Origin: Octopus sinensis
Lineage: Eukaryota
Direction: 5' to 3'
Assembly (NCBI RefSeq): GCF_006345805.1
Contig: NC_043005.1
Span: forward strand, 83,700,001-83,764,000
Length of the DNA stretch: 64,000 nt
Under the pieces are notes generated by a model. The model did not search any database and had not been told where the DNA came from. It worked only from the letters and a program-made list of their open reading frames with translations. A program made the position numbers and the translations under genes. Positions within the stretch are counted from its first letter, which is position 1, and each line of letters begins with the position of its first letter. This document shows, piece by piece, positions 26,701-39,954 of the stretch.

Positions 26701-27727
26701 CCAAAATAAATACTGCAGGGTATTGTTTCTGACACTCTAACAGTTCTACCAGCTTGTCACTTTTGAGTTTTCTTTGGAAGTGCTGACACTCCCAGAGTTA
26801 CCCATCATATAACTGGTAAATACTTCAGTATAATAATAACGAGGCTATTAATTAATTAATAATAACAGAAGCAGTATCGATACCAAAAGGTAATATTTAA
26901 ACACAGAATAATGCATTATTTACCATGAGAGGACCTGAAGGCCTCCCATATGGATCTGTGGTGCATAAAAGCAGTGATAGCCATCTGCTGTAGGCACCAG
27001 AACTGTCAGATCATATGATTTTACCCTTCCTTGGACTTCTCAATGGCAGATGTATTGCTAGACACAGCAGCTGATTCCCCCATCAGTGATATATAGAATC
27101 TCACTGTTTAATCAGGCACTGGTATAGTAAATAGCCAGTGGGTTTATTAAAAAATAATTAAGAGTAATAGAAGCAGTTTTAATACCAAAGGATAGTATAG
27201 TGGATGTTGTGTTAGAACATAAAATACTGTTATTTACCTTGAGAGGTCCTCTCATATGGACTTGTTATGCATAAAATTACTTGTGTTTATGAAACTTGTT
27301 TATATAAAATCAATACTATACTGTGTATAATTCAATCACCAAAAAGATATTTTATCCTTAAAAATTAAAATATGGTTCACTGTAGAGGTCTAATTAGGCC
27401 AAAACTTGTCTGTAGTTGTCTCCCATATTCACCAAATATCAAACTGATTCCTTGCCCCTGCACACCTCACTGCTTATATCAATTTTAGTATTTAATAAAT
27501 TCAAGATGGTGAGCTGGCATAGTCATTAGCACACTGAACAAAATGTTTAGGGACATTTCGTGTGTCTTTACATTCTGAGTTCAAATTCCGCTGAGGTCAA
27601 CTTGGTCTTTCATCCTTTTGGGGTCAATAAAATAATTAGCAGTTGAGAACTACAGTTGAATCAATTTACTCCCACCCACAAAATTACTGGCCTTGTGCCA
27701 AAATTTGAAACCAATATTTAACAAAAG

Positions 27728-28070
27728 CACTCATAGAGTGCAAGGCAACACCAACGTTCTCTCAACGATTAGCTGGAGATGATTTTTAAAATGTGAATAT
27801 CTGAAATAAACTCGACTGCTCTCACAAACAAGAAGACTAAAAATGAACCAGACTGCTCTCAAAAATTAAGTAAAAGAAAAACGGAAAAATAATCCAGAAT
27901 CCTTGTCCAGTACTGGATCGATATCAGAATCAGTTCATGTCAGTCATGAGGCCAAGCATTCCTGAAAGTTTCATCCGAATCCATCCAGCAGTTCTTGAGA
28001 TACCTTGCCCACAAACAAACAAACATGACTGAAAACAATACCTCCACCTTCGTTAAGGTGGAGGTAATAA
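27728..28070. mobile_element. Helentron/Helitron-associated non-autonomous element
   Basis: Terminal hairpin TACCTCCACCTT-cgtt-AAGGTGGAGGTA (28039-28066) preceded by (caaa)n. The body contains tttcatccgaatccatccagc, typical of HINE-like elements. Confidence 0.55.
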
Positions 28071-29633
28071 ATTTAAAATTCAATGAGGAGAAAGAGTGGC
28101 AGAGTTTATGGGGAAGATGAAGGAAAATAGGAGTGGGTCAGGGAGGAAGGGAGGAGGAGGTGTCAGCCATCTCCAGGCAGAGATGTTAAATAGGCTCCCT
28201 ACCCATTTTTTTTTTAAACTTTCTTCCAATTCCTGTTTGTAACAATAATTATAATTTTGCACCCCAATAAAAACTTTTTCGATTTTTAATTTTTCCTCTA
28301 GCCTCCCAATTATTTTGTTTTTGATTTTGTTTTTGTGGTAGGGGTCTGCATTTAAAAATATGGAGATTATGATCCAAAAAACTTTTGTGTTTTTTCTTTT
28401 TTTTAAATTTCAAAACAGATTGCTTACTACAATTTTCCACTTTCTATTGGCAATTTTAAACCAAAAGAATACCCATTTTCTAATATCCAAGAATGTCCAA
28501 GGTATTTGTGTAATACCACTGTATTGACCAGACTATCAGCATTGTTTTAGCCTTCAAATGATGCCACCCTGCTGACCAGGCTAGCAGACCAACATTCCCC
28601 TTGACCAGAAGACTATTCCATCACAAAATTAACCATTTACTGCTGAGCAATGAGCTTTGCTCAAGAACACAATCTGCCACTTAGTTCAAGAATCAAATCC
28701 GCATTCCTGCAATCGTGAGTTCAATACCCTGCCTTCACATATTTGTGTATTACAGACAACATAATAGGATAAGCAAGATAAAGAACTTCCAGAGTTCAAA
28801 TATCACTAAGGACAACTTCACCTTTCATACGTTTCATAAAATACAGCACTAAATATTCTTATAAAGCATTAGAGATGCAACTGCAATCCATAGAGAAAAC
28901 TAAGAAGACTTCACCTATACTCCCAGTAATAGTATCATAACATGTCTACAATTTGTCTTTCATCTCCATTATCATTTTTATGTTCACATTTCCATGCTTG
29001 CATAGCTCAGATGGATTTTGTTGAGGCAGATTTTCTAAGGCTGGGATGCCACCCTTTTCTATCACCAACTCTCACATGCTTCCAAACAAAGTTTCCTATG
29101 GCCAGATCAGAATTTAATAACAACACTTGTATAACAGTGATGCTCACTTACAACTACCATGAGATATCAGAACAAGGAAGGAACATGCATGCACACACAC
29201 ACACACACACACATTTATATAATGGTCTTCTTTGAGTTTCCATCTGACAAACCCACTCACAAGGCTTTAGTTGGCCTAGGGCTATAGTAGGAGACATTTA
29301 CCCAAAGTGCCACTTGGTTGGTCTGAATCTGAGAATATGCATTTGGGAAGTGGACTTCTTCATCACACAACTATGCTTGTTTCTATTATTAAGTGTAAAG
29401 TCCTCAAACCTGTAGGTCTCATGGAAGCCTTCAGGCAGGGTTCCGCCACCATTCTCCTCAACACAGTGCTCTCAGAAAGTATTCTCTCCACTATTATAAC
29501 TTATGAATGATATTAGAGTAAGTCACCAACCCATTCCAAATATCAAATCCATTTTAGTTTGGTGACCTGAGCCGTTGGTGGTGAACTATCTCTGCAGGAT
29601 GTGATAATGATGGCAATAATAATGATAATAATA

Positions 29634-29683
<50 letters not shown>

Positions 29684-29684
29684 A

Positions 29685-29719
<35 letters not shown>

Positions 29720-31019
29720 AACCGTTTAACATCCGTTTTCCATGCTAGCATGGGTTGGATGGTTCGACCGGGATCTGGGAAGCCAGGTGGTTGCACCAGG
29801 CTCCAGTCTGATCTGGTAGTGTTTCTACAGCTGGATGCCTTTCCTAATAGCAACCACCCCGTGAGTGTAGTGGGTGCTTTTTATATGCCAGCGGCACAGG
29901 GGCCTTGGGGAGGCTTGCAACGGCCACAATCAGTTGGTGGTTTTTATGTGTCACTGGCACAGAAGCCAGTCAAGGTGGCGCTGGCATCAGCCACGTTCGG
30001 ATGGTGCTTTTTACGTGCCACCTGCACTTTTATCACAACTACAATTTCCATTTGATTTTCATTTTGATGTTGATGTACTTGACTCAATAGGTCTCCTCAA
30101 GCACAGCAGGTCACCCTATGATCAAAGGTACTTTTGAATGGGCTGGGGCTGGTTATGCGAAACTGGTGTAGGATAAAGCTGTGAACTCACTTTCTACAAG
30201 AGGCACAAAGTCAGAAATTTAGGAGAGTGGGGCTTGTTGATTGTTTTGACCCCAGTGCTCAACTGGCATTTATTTTATTGACCCTAAAAGGATGAAAGGT
30301 AAAGTTGGCCTCAGTGGAATTTGAACCCAAAATGTAATGAGTCAGAAGAAACTACTAAGAATTTTCTCCATCATGTATATGATTCTGCCAGCTCTACATC
30401 CAAATAATAATGATGATAGTAATGAGTGTATTGTATACAGTACAGGAGTGCAGTACAACTCATTGGCAGTGGGTAAAAAGAAAGGGGGACAGAAAGCAAT
30501 AATATGTCAAGTAAAGAGAGACAGCAATAATAGTCAAAGTTGCATGCCTAATACTCAGGATAAAACAAAAAGACAGAAAACTGAAGAGTAAAAGAGCTGT
30601 AGGTGCAGTTATCTCCCCTGGTGGTTGTTGCCCAAATTAATTGGCCACTAGAGGGCACACACAGCGCTAAGGTTCAAACACTAAGCCCTGGCATTTCCTC
30701 TTTCGCATCGAGATGCCAGAGAGCAAAGATATGACCTAGCTATCTCTTGTACACCTGCAGCAGCAAGCACATGAGGTAGTACACACAAGACGAACATGGT
30801 CCTTCACTTATGAACTCTTTCCATTATCATTCAACTTGTATATTTTTGAGACTGAGAGTAAAGGTATTTAAACTTACAGCCTTGTTCTATGAATTCATTG
30901 AACCATGTTTCTTTATCGAATGACATATTACAAGCCTTCTGAACAGAGTCATCATTAGATGGCTTCATAGTGAGAATGCCACCAGCCATAAAAAGGAAAG
31001 GGGACACAAGCAAGTCAGG

Positions 31020-31820
31020 AGTAGTGTTGGCAAGTTTCAGAAGCATGGAATTTTTTAAGGATACAATGTCCTGACAGCTAACAACCAACTTGAGTAGTTT
31101 ATTACATGCTCCAACAATTCTGACCAAGGGAAAATTTCTAAAAGACATGGGTTCTGTGGTGTTCTTTGATTTTATAAGAATATCCATGAATGGTAGATAT
31201 TATTGAATTCAAAAAAATGGCTAAAGTGATGGATAATCTAGTGTGCTTCTAGCAGGTCAATTGTTGAAGACACTGAAGTGTCAAAGTGTCAATATCCAAA
31301 GAAGCAAGAAGGTGGCAAGCTGGCAGAAACGTTAGTACACAGGGTGAAATGCTTAGCGGTATTTCATCTGTCATTACATTCTGAGTTCAAATTCTGCTGA
31401 GGTCGACTTTGCCTTTCATCCTTTCTGGTTCGATAAATTAAGTACCAGTTTCATACTGGAGTCAATCTAATCAACTGGGCCCACTCCCCCAAATTTTTGG
31501 GCCTTGTGCCTAGAGTAGAAAAGAATATCCAAAGAAGCAAGATGTTTAGGATAAAGTGACTGATACCTGGCTGCATGTCTCTGAACATCTTCCAAAATGT
31601 CTTTGGACAGCATCTGGGCAAGATGTGGGTTACAGACTGGAGATGCAAACTGTATGGATGTACCATAATCATATATAATTTTAGATGGCCTGTGGCAAAG
31701 GACTTCCTGAGACACACCTCAGGGCATTTTCTATGATTTTAGAAATGTCGTTCATCCATTACAGATCACTGATACAGATACAGCATAGAGTACTTGTGAC
31801 AGGATGGGAACTTTAGATCT
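31020..31820 (-). mobile_element. CR1/L2-like LINE 3' fragments with a nested SINE
   Basis: RNFPLVRIVGACNKLLKLVVSCQDIVSLK and QFASPVCNPHLAQ...LEDVQRHAARY remnants. A related fragment is at about 4720-4865. Confidence 0.65.
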
Positions 31821-32365
31821 TTGGTGGGTACACATGTCATCATCACACAATATATTTTGCCACCTGTGACCCCAATAACTCTTACATGGTTACTTGACCT
31901 GCTAGAAATAGCACACAACTATCTTTAAAAAATAAGAACATGTTAGATAATATAGTCCTGGGTACACTATGGACTAAATAAAAAGAAATTAAAGATTGTA
32001 TGATCAAAACTGGCCTTTGACTATCAGTATGTTCGATTATGATTGATCTGAGGTTAAAAAATAATATATCTTGGAATCAAGTTGTGTGTGTGTGTTTGAA
32101 GAAAATGGGAAATAAAATTTCAAAAGCCAAAAATATGCACCCATTACCTAGTATGCATCTGATGGAATTTTGACAGTTCCTCAATTTTTAGAATTTTTTT
32201 TTTTTTTCCGGATTGTTAGAATTTTAGTTTCCACGTACTAAACAAAAACAACAACAACAAGCCACCAAGTGAGTGCAAATACCTGAAGTCAAAAAATCTC
32301 CACCACGAGTGAATGAATGACTGAATTAATAAATAATAGAAAGAAAAAGTCACATTTTTGTTTAC

Positions 32366-32380
32366 CTGTGCATTTGACAT
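32366..32380 (-). CDS. DNAH7: Axonemal dynein heavy chain 7-like, coding exon 1 (MSNAQ)
   Basis: ATG TCA AAT GCA CAG|gtaaac. The phase-0 donor fits exon 2. It resembles the vertebrate DNAH7 start (MSSEQ, from memory), and an RFX X-box lies about 400 bp upstream. The exon is very short, so it is less certain than the others. Confidence 0.7.
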
Positions 32381-32781
32381 GGCGTAACGAACTTTTTCCG
32401 ATTCATTAAAACAGCGCGTAAAACAAGATCTTCGTATTCACCTGTCCGTATCTTTTAAACCAAGTGATTCTTGCTTCTCCTTCTTCTTCTTATATACATA
32501 TATAGGTGTACATATGCGATGATGTGCGTGTGTGGTTTGTATTTGGACTGTATAAATTATTTAAACAATCATTATTAAACGAAAAGAGAAATAAAATAAA
32601 TCACCTGCCAACTATTGCCAACTAAAACTGGCAGTTAAGAACAGCAACACATAGTAACAATATAACAAAACAACAGGCTTCGTGTGTGTGTAAATAAATA
32701 AATATATACATATATATACATGTAACACACACACACATTCATACATACACATACACACACTACGCTCATAAAACGCTTACA

Positions 32782-32794
32782 GTTGCTAGGACAC
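32782..32794. promoter_or_regulatory. Putative RFX X-box upstream of DNAH7
   Basis: GTTGCTAGGACAC fits the X-box consensus and lies about 400 bp 5' of the ATG of a motile-cilia gene. Forkhead-like TAAACA/TAAATA sites are nearby. Confidence 0.5.
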
Positions 32795-33005
32795 GACGAA
32801 ACGTTATGTGTATATATATATGTGTGTGTATGTATATATATATACATTTTTACATACTTTATTTTTTTAGTTCCTTGCTTGTCATTTTGGTCATTGGACC
32901 ACCTCCTCTTCTGCCTCCTCCTCCTACGTCACCACTAAGCTGCTGATACGCTAACATGCAGACAGTGGGGACCGTCTATTAAGACATATAATTACACAAA
33001 TATTC

Positions 33006-33036
<31 letters not shown>

Positions 33037-33066
33037 TATATACATAAATTAGGGAGTTATATTCCC

Positions 33067-33124
<58 letters not shown>

Positions 33125-33146
33125 TATATTAGGGAGTTATATTCCC

Positions 33147-33198
<52 letters not shown>

Positions 33199-33429
33199 CC
33201 TTAAAAATCCTTAAAAATGTTTTAGCCCGAAAACATAGGGAGTTATACTCCCTAATATTATTATTTTTATACACACACACACACACGCACACTCACACAC
33301 TCACACACACATACATACACACACACACACACACACATATATATACACGCACTCTCACACACACACATAGATACATACATGTGTACGTGTATTTGTGTGC
33401 GTGTGTGTGATAGAACTGGGCGTCTAAAC

Positions 33430-34105
33430 CAGTGGTTACCAACTGGGATCCGTATGATCCTTTGTGGGTGGAGTCATGTAACTTTTGTTGTTAAAATTTG
33501 TTTTATAAACTTGTTATACTTCTTTGCATAATTTACATTATTTTGTTATACTTTTTCAATACACAAAATATTTTAACAAATTTTTTTTTTGCAGTTCTTA
33601 ATATTATTCAATTATAAAAGTATAATAAGAGTTTTTTTTAATTAACTGGCTGCGAGGGTCCACCTGGGTAAAACAAATATCAAATGGATAGGTGCAGGAG
33701 TGGCTGTGTGTTAAGTAGTTTGCTTACCAACCATATGGTTACGGGTTCAGTCCCACTGTATGGCACATTGGACAAGTGTCTTCTACTATAGCCTCGGGCC
33801 CACCAAAGCCTTGTGAATAGATTTGGTAGATGGAAACTGAAAGAAGCCCGTCGTATATGTGTGTGTGTTTGTCCCCCTAACATCGCTTGACAACCGATGT
33901 TGGTGTGTTTATGACCCCCGTAACTTAGCAGTTCAGCAAAAGAGACAGATAGAATAAGTACTAAGCTTACAAAGAATAAGTCATGGGGTCGATTTGCTCG
34001 ACTAAAAGTGGTGCTCCAGCATGGCTGCAGTCAAATGACTGAAACAAATAAAAGAATAAAAGTATCAAATGGGTCCACAGGGAAAAAAATGGTTGAGAAT
34101 CACTG
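33430..34105. mobile_element. hAT-type MITE with a nested SINE
   Basis: TIRs CAGTGGTTACCAAC / GTTGAGAATCACTG and nTCTAnAn-like flanks. The SINE at about 33690-34062 is bounded by the TSD tatcaaatgg. Confidence 0.7.
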
Positions 34106-36308
34106 ATCTAGAACCCAGAAGTACCAGCCTCCCCACTCCGATGTCCTTCTTAAGGGCCATAAGCCGGACTTAACTTCTAACCCTCTATTAGGCTCATTTG
34201 CCCCTTGAAATCATTCTCCACACACCGACAGGGTGTCCCATCATGAAGGGACACATTTTAAATGCAAGTAGCAAAGACTGGAACAAGCACGTTTATGGGA
34301 AATAAAACGGACACAGCATCGTGTGCGTTTGCATGTGCACTTCACATACAATCGTAGCATATTCATAAGGATGTTAAACACATGCATATAAATCTTAATA
34401 TACATTCACAGTTATACACACAGTAACATTACACATTTAGCAGTTCAGCATTTACATAAGAAATTACATATTGGTACATACATATATACACACACACACA
34501 TACACACACACACACACATACATACATACATACATACACACACACATGCATACACACACATACATACATACATACATACATACATACATACATACATACA
34601 TACACACATACATACATACACACACACATACATACATACACACATACATACATACATACACACACATTCATACACATACACAATGTTCATGTGAATACAG
34701 ACAGAGACACAGTGGCACAGCCCATTAACCCTGTCTCAACATTGATTTCAAGCTTTGGCACCAGGCTGTCAATTGATAGAGACATTGAGAAGTCAACTGA
34801 ATCAACAGTCATTACATTTTTTTTTATATTGATATTTATTCTATTTGATCCCCGGAGTGACGAAAAGCTAAAACCTCCGGGTAGGACTTGAGCTTAGTTC
34901 ACTTTATTCTTCTCTAATCTAAAGTTTGAACATGACAATTTATCTTTAAAGGCAGAACTACCAAAAGTCGATGTGCACCGCGCAGCCCACGCACCAACTC
35001 TGTTTCCTAATAACTTTATGAAAACTGGATATTTTTTTAAGGAAATTTTTACATTGTGTAGATTATAATTTGTAGTGGTTCATGCAGGCATGGCATGGAT
35101 TTGATCCTCAATCACCAAATTTCACTTAACAGTTCAACAGCACTTTTCTCACAGTGAAACAATCGTTTTACTGTGAATGACAGCAGTTACATTTGCCAGA
35201 TGCCATCGCTAAGCAGAATAATGTCTTTGCCACTTGACCCTTCTACCCTCTTCTAGGCCACCAAAAGCTAGTATAGAGATAACAGACTGCCAACGAAACC
35301 TATTGTTCACAACAATATGTCTATCCTTTTGGCTGGTTTCGGATAGTTATAAAAACAAGAACTCCATAAGCCAAAGTCAATGAGAACTGAGTCAGGCTGA
35401 GTGGCTGAACAAAATGCCACCTCTAAAGGAAAGGCACAAAGGGACAGTTATGGTAACTCACCAATGAAGCAGTTGTTTTGTCCCACCCTTTTCACTTTCA
35501 CTAACTCACTTTCTTTTCTCTGAAACATTACTATATCTCTATATATATAGTACTATGAAATTGTGTACACACATACCGGCCAAAATTAACTCTTTTTACC
35601 TTGCATGCTTTTCCATTTACTAGTCATACATACCAACCCGTTGTGGTTTTGGATATATACAAAGTAACGGTAAATGAATATCTCTTTATAACTTCAATCA
35701 CTGATCTTCTTCCATCATGCACATTGGCAACCAACACCTTAACAACAACCATTGGTGACCCTCAACTGCAACGAAGAAAAATCCATTACAAATTACATCG
35801 AAATTTGATGTGGCACAAAATATTAATTTCAAATTTTGGTACAAGGCCAGCAATTTCAGGGGAGGTTGCATCGACCCAAATATTCAAATGGTACATATTT
35901 TATTGAGACCTTGAAATGATGAAAGGCAAAGTTGACCCCAATGGTATTTGAACTCAGAACGTAAAATTAGAAGTGTCGTTAAGCATTTTTAACCAGAATG
36001 ATAATGACTTAGCGCCAGCTCGCCATCTTAAATGTGAAACAATACATTCATTGGTTGTGTGTAGATAATTCATTCAACTTCATCAGAACGTATGAGGAAA
36101 CAAAGTTAGTTACTCTTTTACTTGTTTCGGTCATTTGACTGTGGCCATGCTAAAGCACTGCCTTTAGCTGAGCAAATCGACCCAAGGACTTATTCTTTGT
36201 AAGCCTAGTACTTATTCTATCAATTTCTTTTGCCGAACCACTTAGTTACGGTAAACACACCAGCATCGGTTGTCAAGCAATGTTGGTGGGGACAAACACA
36301 GACACACA

Positions 36309-36352
<44 letters not shown>

Positions 36353-36490
36353 CACATATATATACGACAGGCTTCTTTCAGTTTCCGTCTACCAAATCCA
36401 CTCACAAGGCTTGGTGGGTTCAGTCCCACTGCGTGGCACCTTGGGCAAGTGTCTTCTACTAAAGCCTTGAAAGCTGAAAGAACCCTGTTG

Positions 36491-36499
<9 letters not shown>

Positions 36500-36529
<30 letters not shown>

Positions 36530-36945
36530 ATATGTTTGTGTGTCTGTATTTGTCCCACAACATCACTTGACAACCGATGCTGGTGTGTTTACATCCCCGT
36601 AACTTAGCGGTTCAGCAAAAGAAACCGATAGAATAATTACTAGGCTTACAAAGAATAAGTCGTGGAGTCAATTTGCTCGACTAAAGGCAGTGATCCAGCA
36701 TGTCCACAGTCAAATGACTGAAACAAGTAAAAGAGTATATATACATACATACACACGTAACACATGATATAATTATAAAAGGCAAATTTCAACCATTCCT
36801 CCACAGACTGAAAAAATGATGAACAACCTTCATTGAAATTCGAACCTTGTTAGATTCAGATCAGAGGCGTTCACATCACTTTGACAATCTCCAGAGAAAC
36901 AAGCAGCCAACTCAAGATCTTAGTCCACACAGTATCAAAGTATGG

Positions 36946-36982
<37 letters not shown>

Positions 36983-37420
36983 ATATGTTTGTGTGTCTGT
37001 ATTTGTCCCACAACATCACTTGATAACCGATGCTGGTGTGTTTACATCCCCGTAACTTAGCGGTTCAGCAAAAGAAACCGATAGAATAATTACTAGGCTT
37101 ACAAAGAATAAGTCGTGGGGTCAATTTGCTCGACTAAAGGCAGTGATCCAGCATGTCCACAGTCAAATGACTGAAACAAGTAAAAGAGTATATATACATA
37201 CATAGACATGTAACACATGATATAATTATAAAAGGCAAATTTCAACCATTCCTCCACAGACTGAAAAAATGATGAACAACCTTCATTGAAATTCGAACCT
37301 TGTTAGATTCAGATCAGAGGCGTTCACATCACTTTGACAATCTCCAGAGAAACAAGCAGCCAAACTCAAGATCTTAGTCCACACAGTATCAAAGTATGGT
37401 ATATATATATATATATATAT
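36500..37420 (+). repeat. Near-identical tandem duplication, period about 454 bp
   Basis: A SINE 3' half plus unique flank is repeated twice with only a few substitutions and indels. Confidence 0.9.
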
Positions 37421-37422
37421 AT

Positions 37423-37780
37423 ACCATCCGTTCGCGTCCGTTGCCAGCGTCGGCTGGCCCCCGTGCCGGTGACACGTAAAAGCACCGTCCGTTCGTGGCC
37501 GGTTGCCAGCTCTGTCTGGCCCCGTGTCGGTGGCACGTAAAAGCACCATCCGTTCGTGGCCGTTCGCCAGCTCTGTCTGGCACCTGTGCAGGTGGCACGT
37601 AAGAAACACCCACTACACTCGCGGAGTGGTTGGCGTTAGGAAGGGCATCCAGCCGTAGAAACACTGCCAGATCTGACTGGGCCCGACGAAGCCTTCCAGC
37701 TTCACAGACCCCAGTTGACCCGTCCAACCCATGCTAGCATGGAAAGCGGACGCTAAACGATGATGATGATGATGATGATA
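37423..37780 (+). mobile_element. Family D retroposon with (GAT)n tail and about 60-bp internal tandem repeats
   Basis: gttggcgttaggaagggcatccagc...aacccatgctagcatggaaagcggacgctaaacg(atg)n. Other copies at about 2670, 11184(-), 15410, 22040(-), 29720(-), 54575 and 62840(-). Confidence 0.8.
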
Positions 37781-38235
37781 TATATATATATATAATTTTT
37801 TCTTCTTCCTTCTCTCCCTTTCCTTCTTTTTCTTTAATACTCTTTTCAGATACAAACACACACACACACACAAGCACAAACATGCACACACACACACACA
37901 TGCCCTCTCTCACTTTCTCCCCATTCATTATCCTCTTGTACTATCTTATATCCCGCCCCACCACTACACACTCAATAACACTATAAAATGGCCAAATCTT
38001 TCCACAAGAACTTAGTTCAATTTGAAAACCCCACTAAAATGGGTGAAAGTGCTAATATATGATATATGATATATGATATATGTTATATGATGTATAAAAA
38101 CATGTAATATACAAATAAATATCTGTAAATATAAAACCATCCAAATTTCTGAGTACCCCATTTCTTCTTATATAAAATACCTGTACTTCATCGCCAAACC
38201 TTCTAATATATATACATATATATATATATATATAT

Positions 38236-39953
38236 TAGAAGAAATGAGGTACTCAGAAATCTGGATGTTTTTTATATTTACAGATATTTATTACTATGTT
38301 ACATGTTTTTATAAATCATATACCATATATTAGCGCTTTCGTCCACTCTAGTGGAGTTTTCAAATTGAACTTTTGCAGGAATTTTGACTCTTTTTGTAAT
38401 ATTATTGAGCGGGTAGGGGTGGGGAGAGATATAAGATAGTACAAGAGGGTGAGGAATGGGGAGAAAGTGAGAGAGAGAGAGCGTGTGTGTGTGTGTGTGT
38501 GTATCTGAAAAGAGTGTTAAGGAAAAAGAGAAGGAAAGGAAGAAGAAGAAAAAATTTGTTGATCTCTTTGCAGCTGGTCAGTCTATCAATAGTAAGTGAT
38601 TCTTGGCTTTTAGTAATGGCAAATCCAGCTGGTCACTCCAAAGGGGAACAAAATGTTACTTTTTAAAAAATTGTCTGGATTTCCTTTTTATAATTGTCTT
38701 GTGAGAGTGTGTGTATCTGTGTATCTGAAAGAGGTGTCAATTGGGAAAAGGGAATGAAAGAAGGAGTAGGAGAGAAAGAAGAAAAAATGTTTACATTTTT
38801 GCAACTGGTCAGTCTTTCAATAGCGTGAGAGTGGGGAGCATTGAGAAGGGGATAATTCCTAGTGTATGGGGGGGGAGGTTCTTGGTGCTTCTTGTCGGTG
38901 GGGGAGGAGGGTTAGAATGATTAAAGATCCAGGTTTTGGGGTGGGTTTTGTTTGAAATTTTTCGGGGATGAAAGGGCTTTTTGTATGGTCAGCGGAAGTT
39001 GTGTCCTGTGTGGAGGGGGTTTGAAGAGAATGTGTGTTTGAGGTGTGGTTTGGGGTGGTGTTTATGGGGAACAGTGGGAGTATGTGTTATGGGTCCTTTT
39101 ATGAATGGGTTTTTGGATTTATGGTTTAATATGAATTGTGTTTCATAATTGAGGAAGAAATCTTTGTTGTTTTCCCAGCGTTTAAGGGAAGTTCGTTCTT
39201 CCTTTTCACATTTATCTTTCCATAGTTTAATGACATGTTTGAAGGACTGTTCATTGGTGTGTGGGGTAACTTCCAAAAGCATCTCATCGTCTATTTTTTT
39301 TGTGTATTTTTGTTCATGGTTTTGTGCTCTGAGTTTTAAAAGTTCTATTTCAGTTTTCATTCTCTCCAATGTTAGATTTTCTCTTAGGGAGTGTTGTTGT
39401 TCTGGTTCATCTGGGATGTGTTTAATTTGGAATTTTCGGGGTAGTATGATGGGGAAGAGTTTAACCATTTGTCGTAAATTTCAGCTTTGTTGTGGTTTTT
39501 AAGCATGTTCCAGAAGAGAAGTTTTCTGTTATGTAGTTTCTTGATCCAGCTGGTGTTGATCTGGTTTTTAATGTGTTGTGCAGGAGTTGAAGTGTGTTTA
39601 TTCTGTGTGTTGGGTGGTGTATGAGGTTCCTTCGATGTTAAGTTGGTAAGTAAAGGCTTCAGTGTAGAGCTAATTTCATTTAGATTTACATTAATCTTAT
39701 CTGAAAGTTGTTGATGGGGGTCGTTTTCTGAGGTATCCCGGGTTTGATGGAGAAGTTCGTCAATTTTGTTGGAAAGTGAAAGTAGATGTGTGTTAAGTAA
39801 TTTGAGTTCTTTTAGAACGGTCTCATTGGTGAATGTCTCTGTAAGAGTGCTGTTGTTTTTAGGTAGCATTCTGTATCACACGTGTGGTAGAAGGTACAAG
39901 TCAGTAAATGGTGGGGTTGTGTTAACCGCACATGGAGAAATGATAGGAGAGGG
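38236..39953 (-). mobile_element. Inverted Penelope pLTR plus probable N-terminal ORF segment
   Basis: 39895-39953 is the reverse complement of 41813-41878. Frameshifted minus-strand ORF at 39869-38989. 38236-38560 is inverted-duplicated at about 37790-38170. Confidence 0.7.
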
Positions 39954-39954
39954 T

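Noticed and set aside
37423-37610. Regularly spaced GC-rich repeats as a possible CRISPR array
   Set aside because: Whole units repeat without unique spacers, they are internal to a dispersed retroposon, the context is eukaryotic and no cas genes are present.
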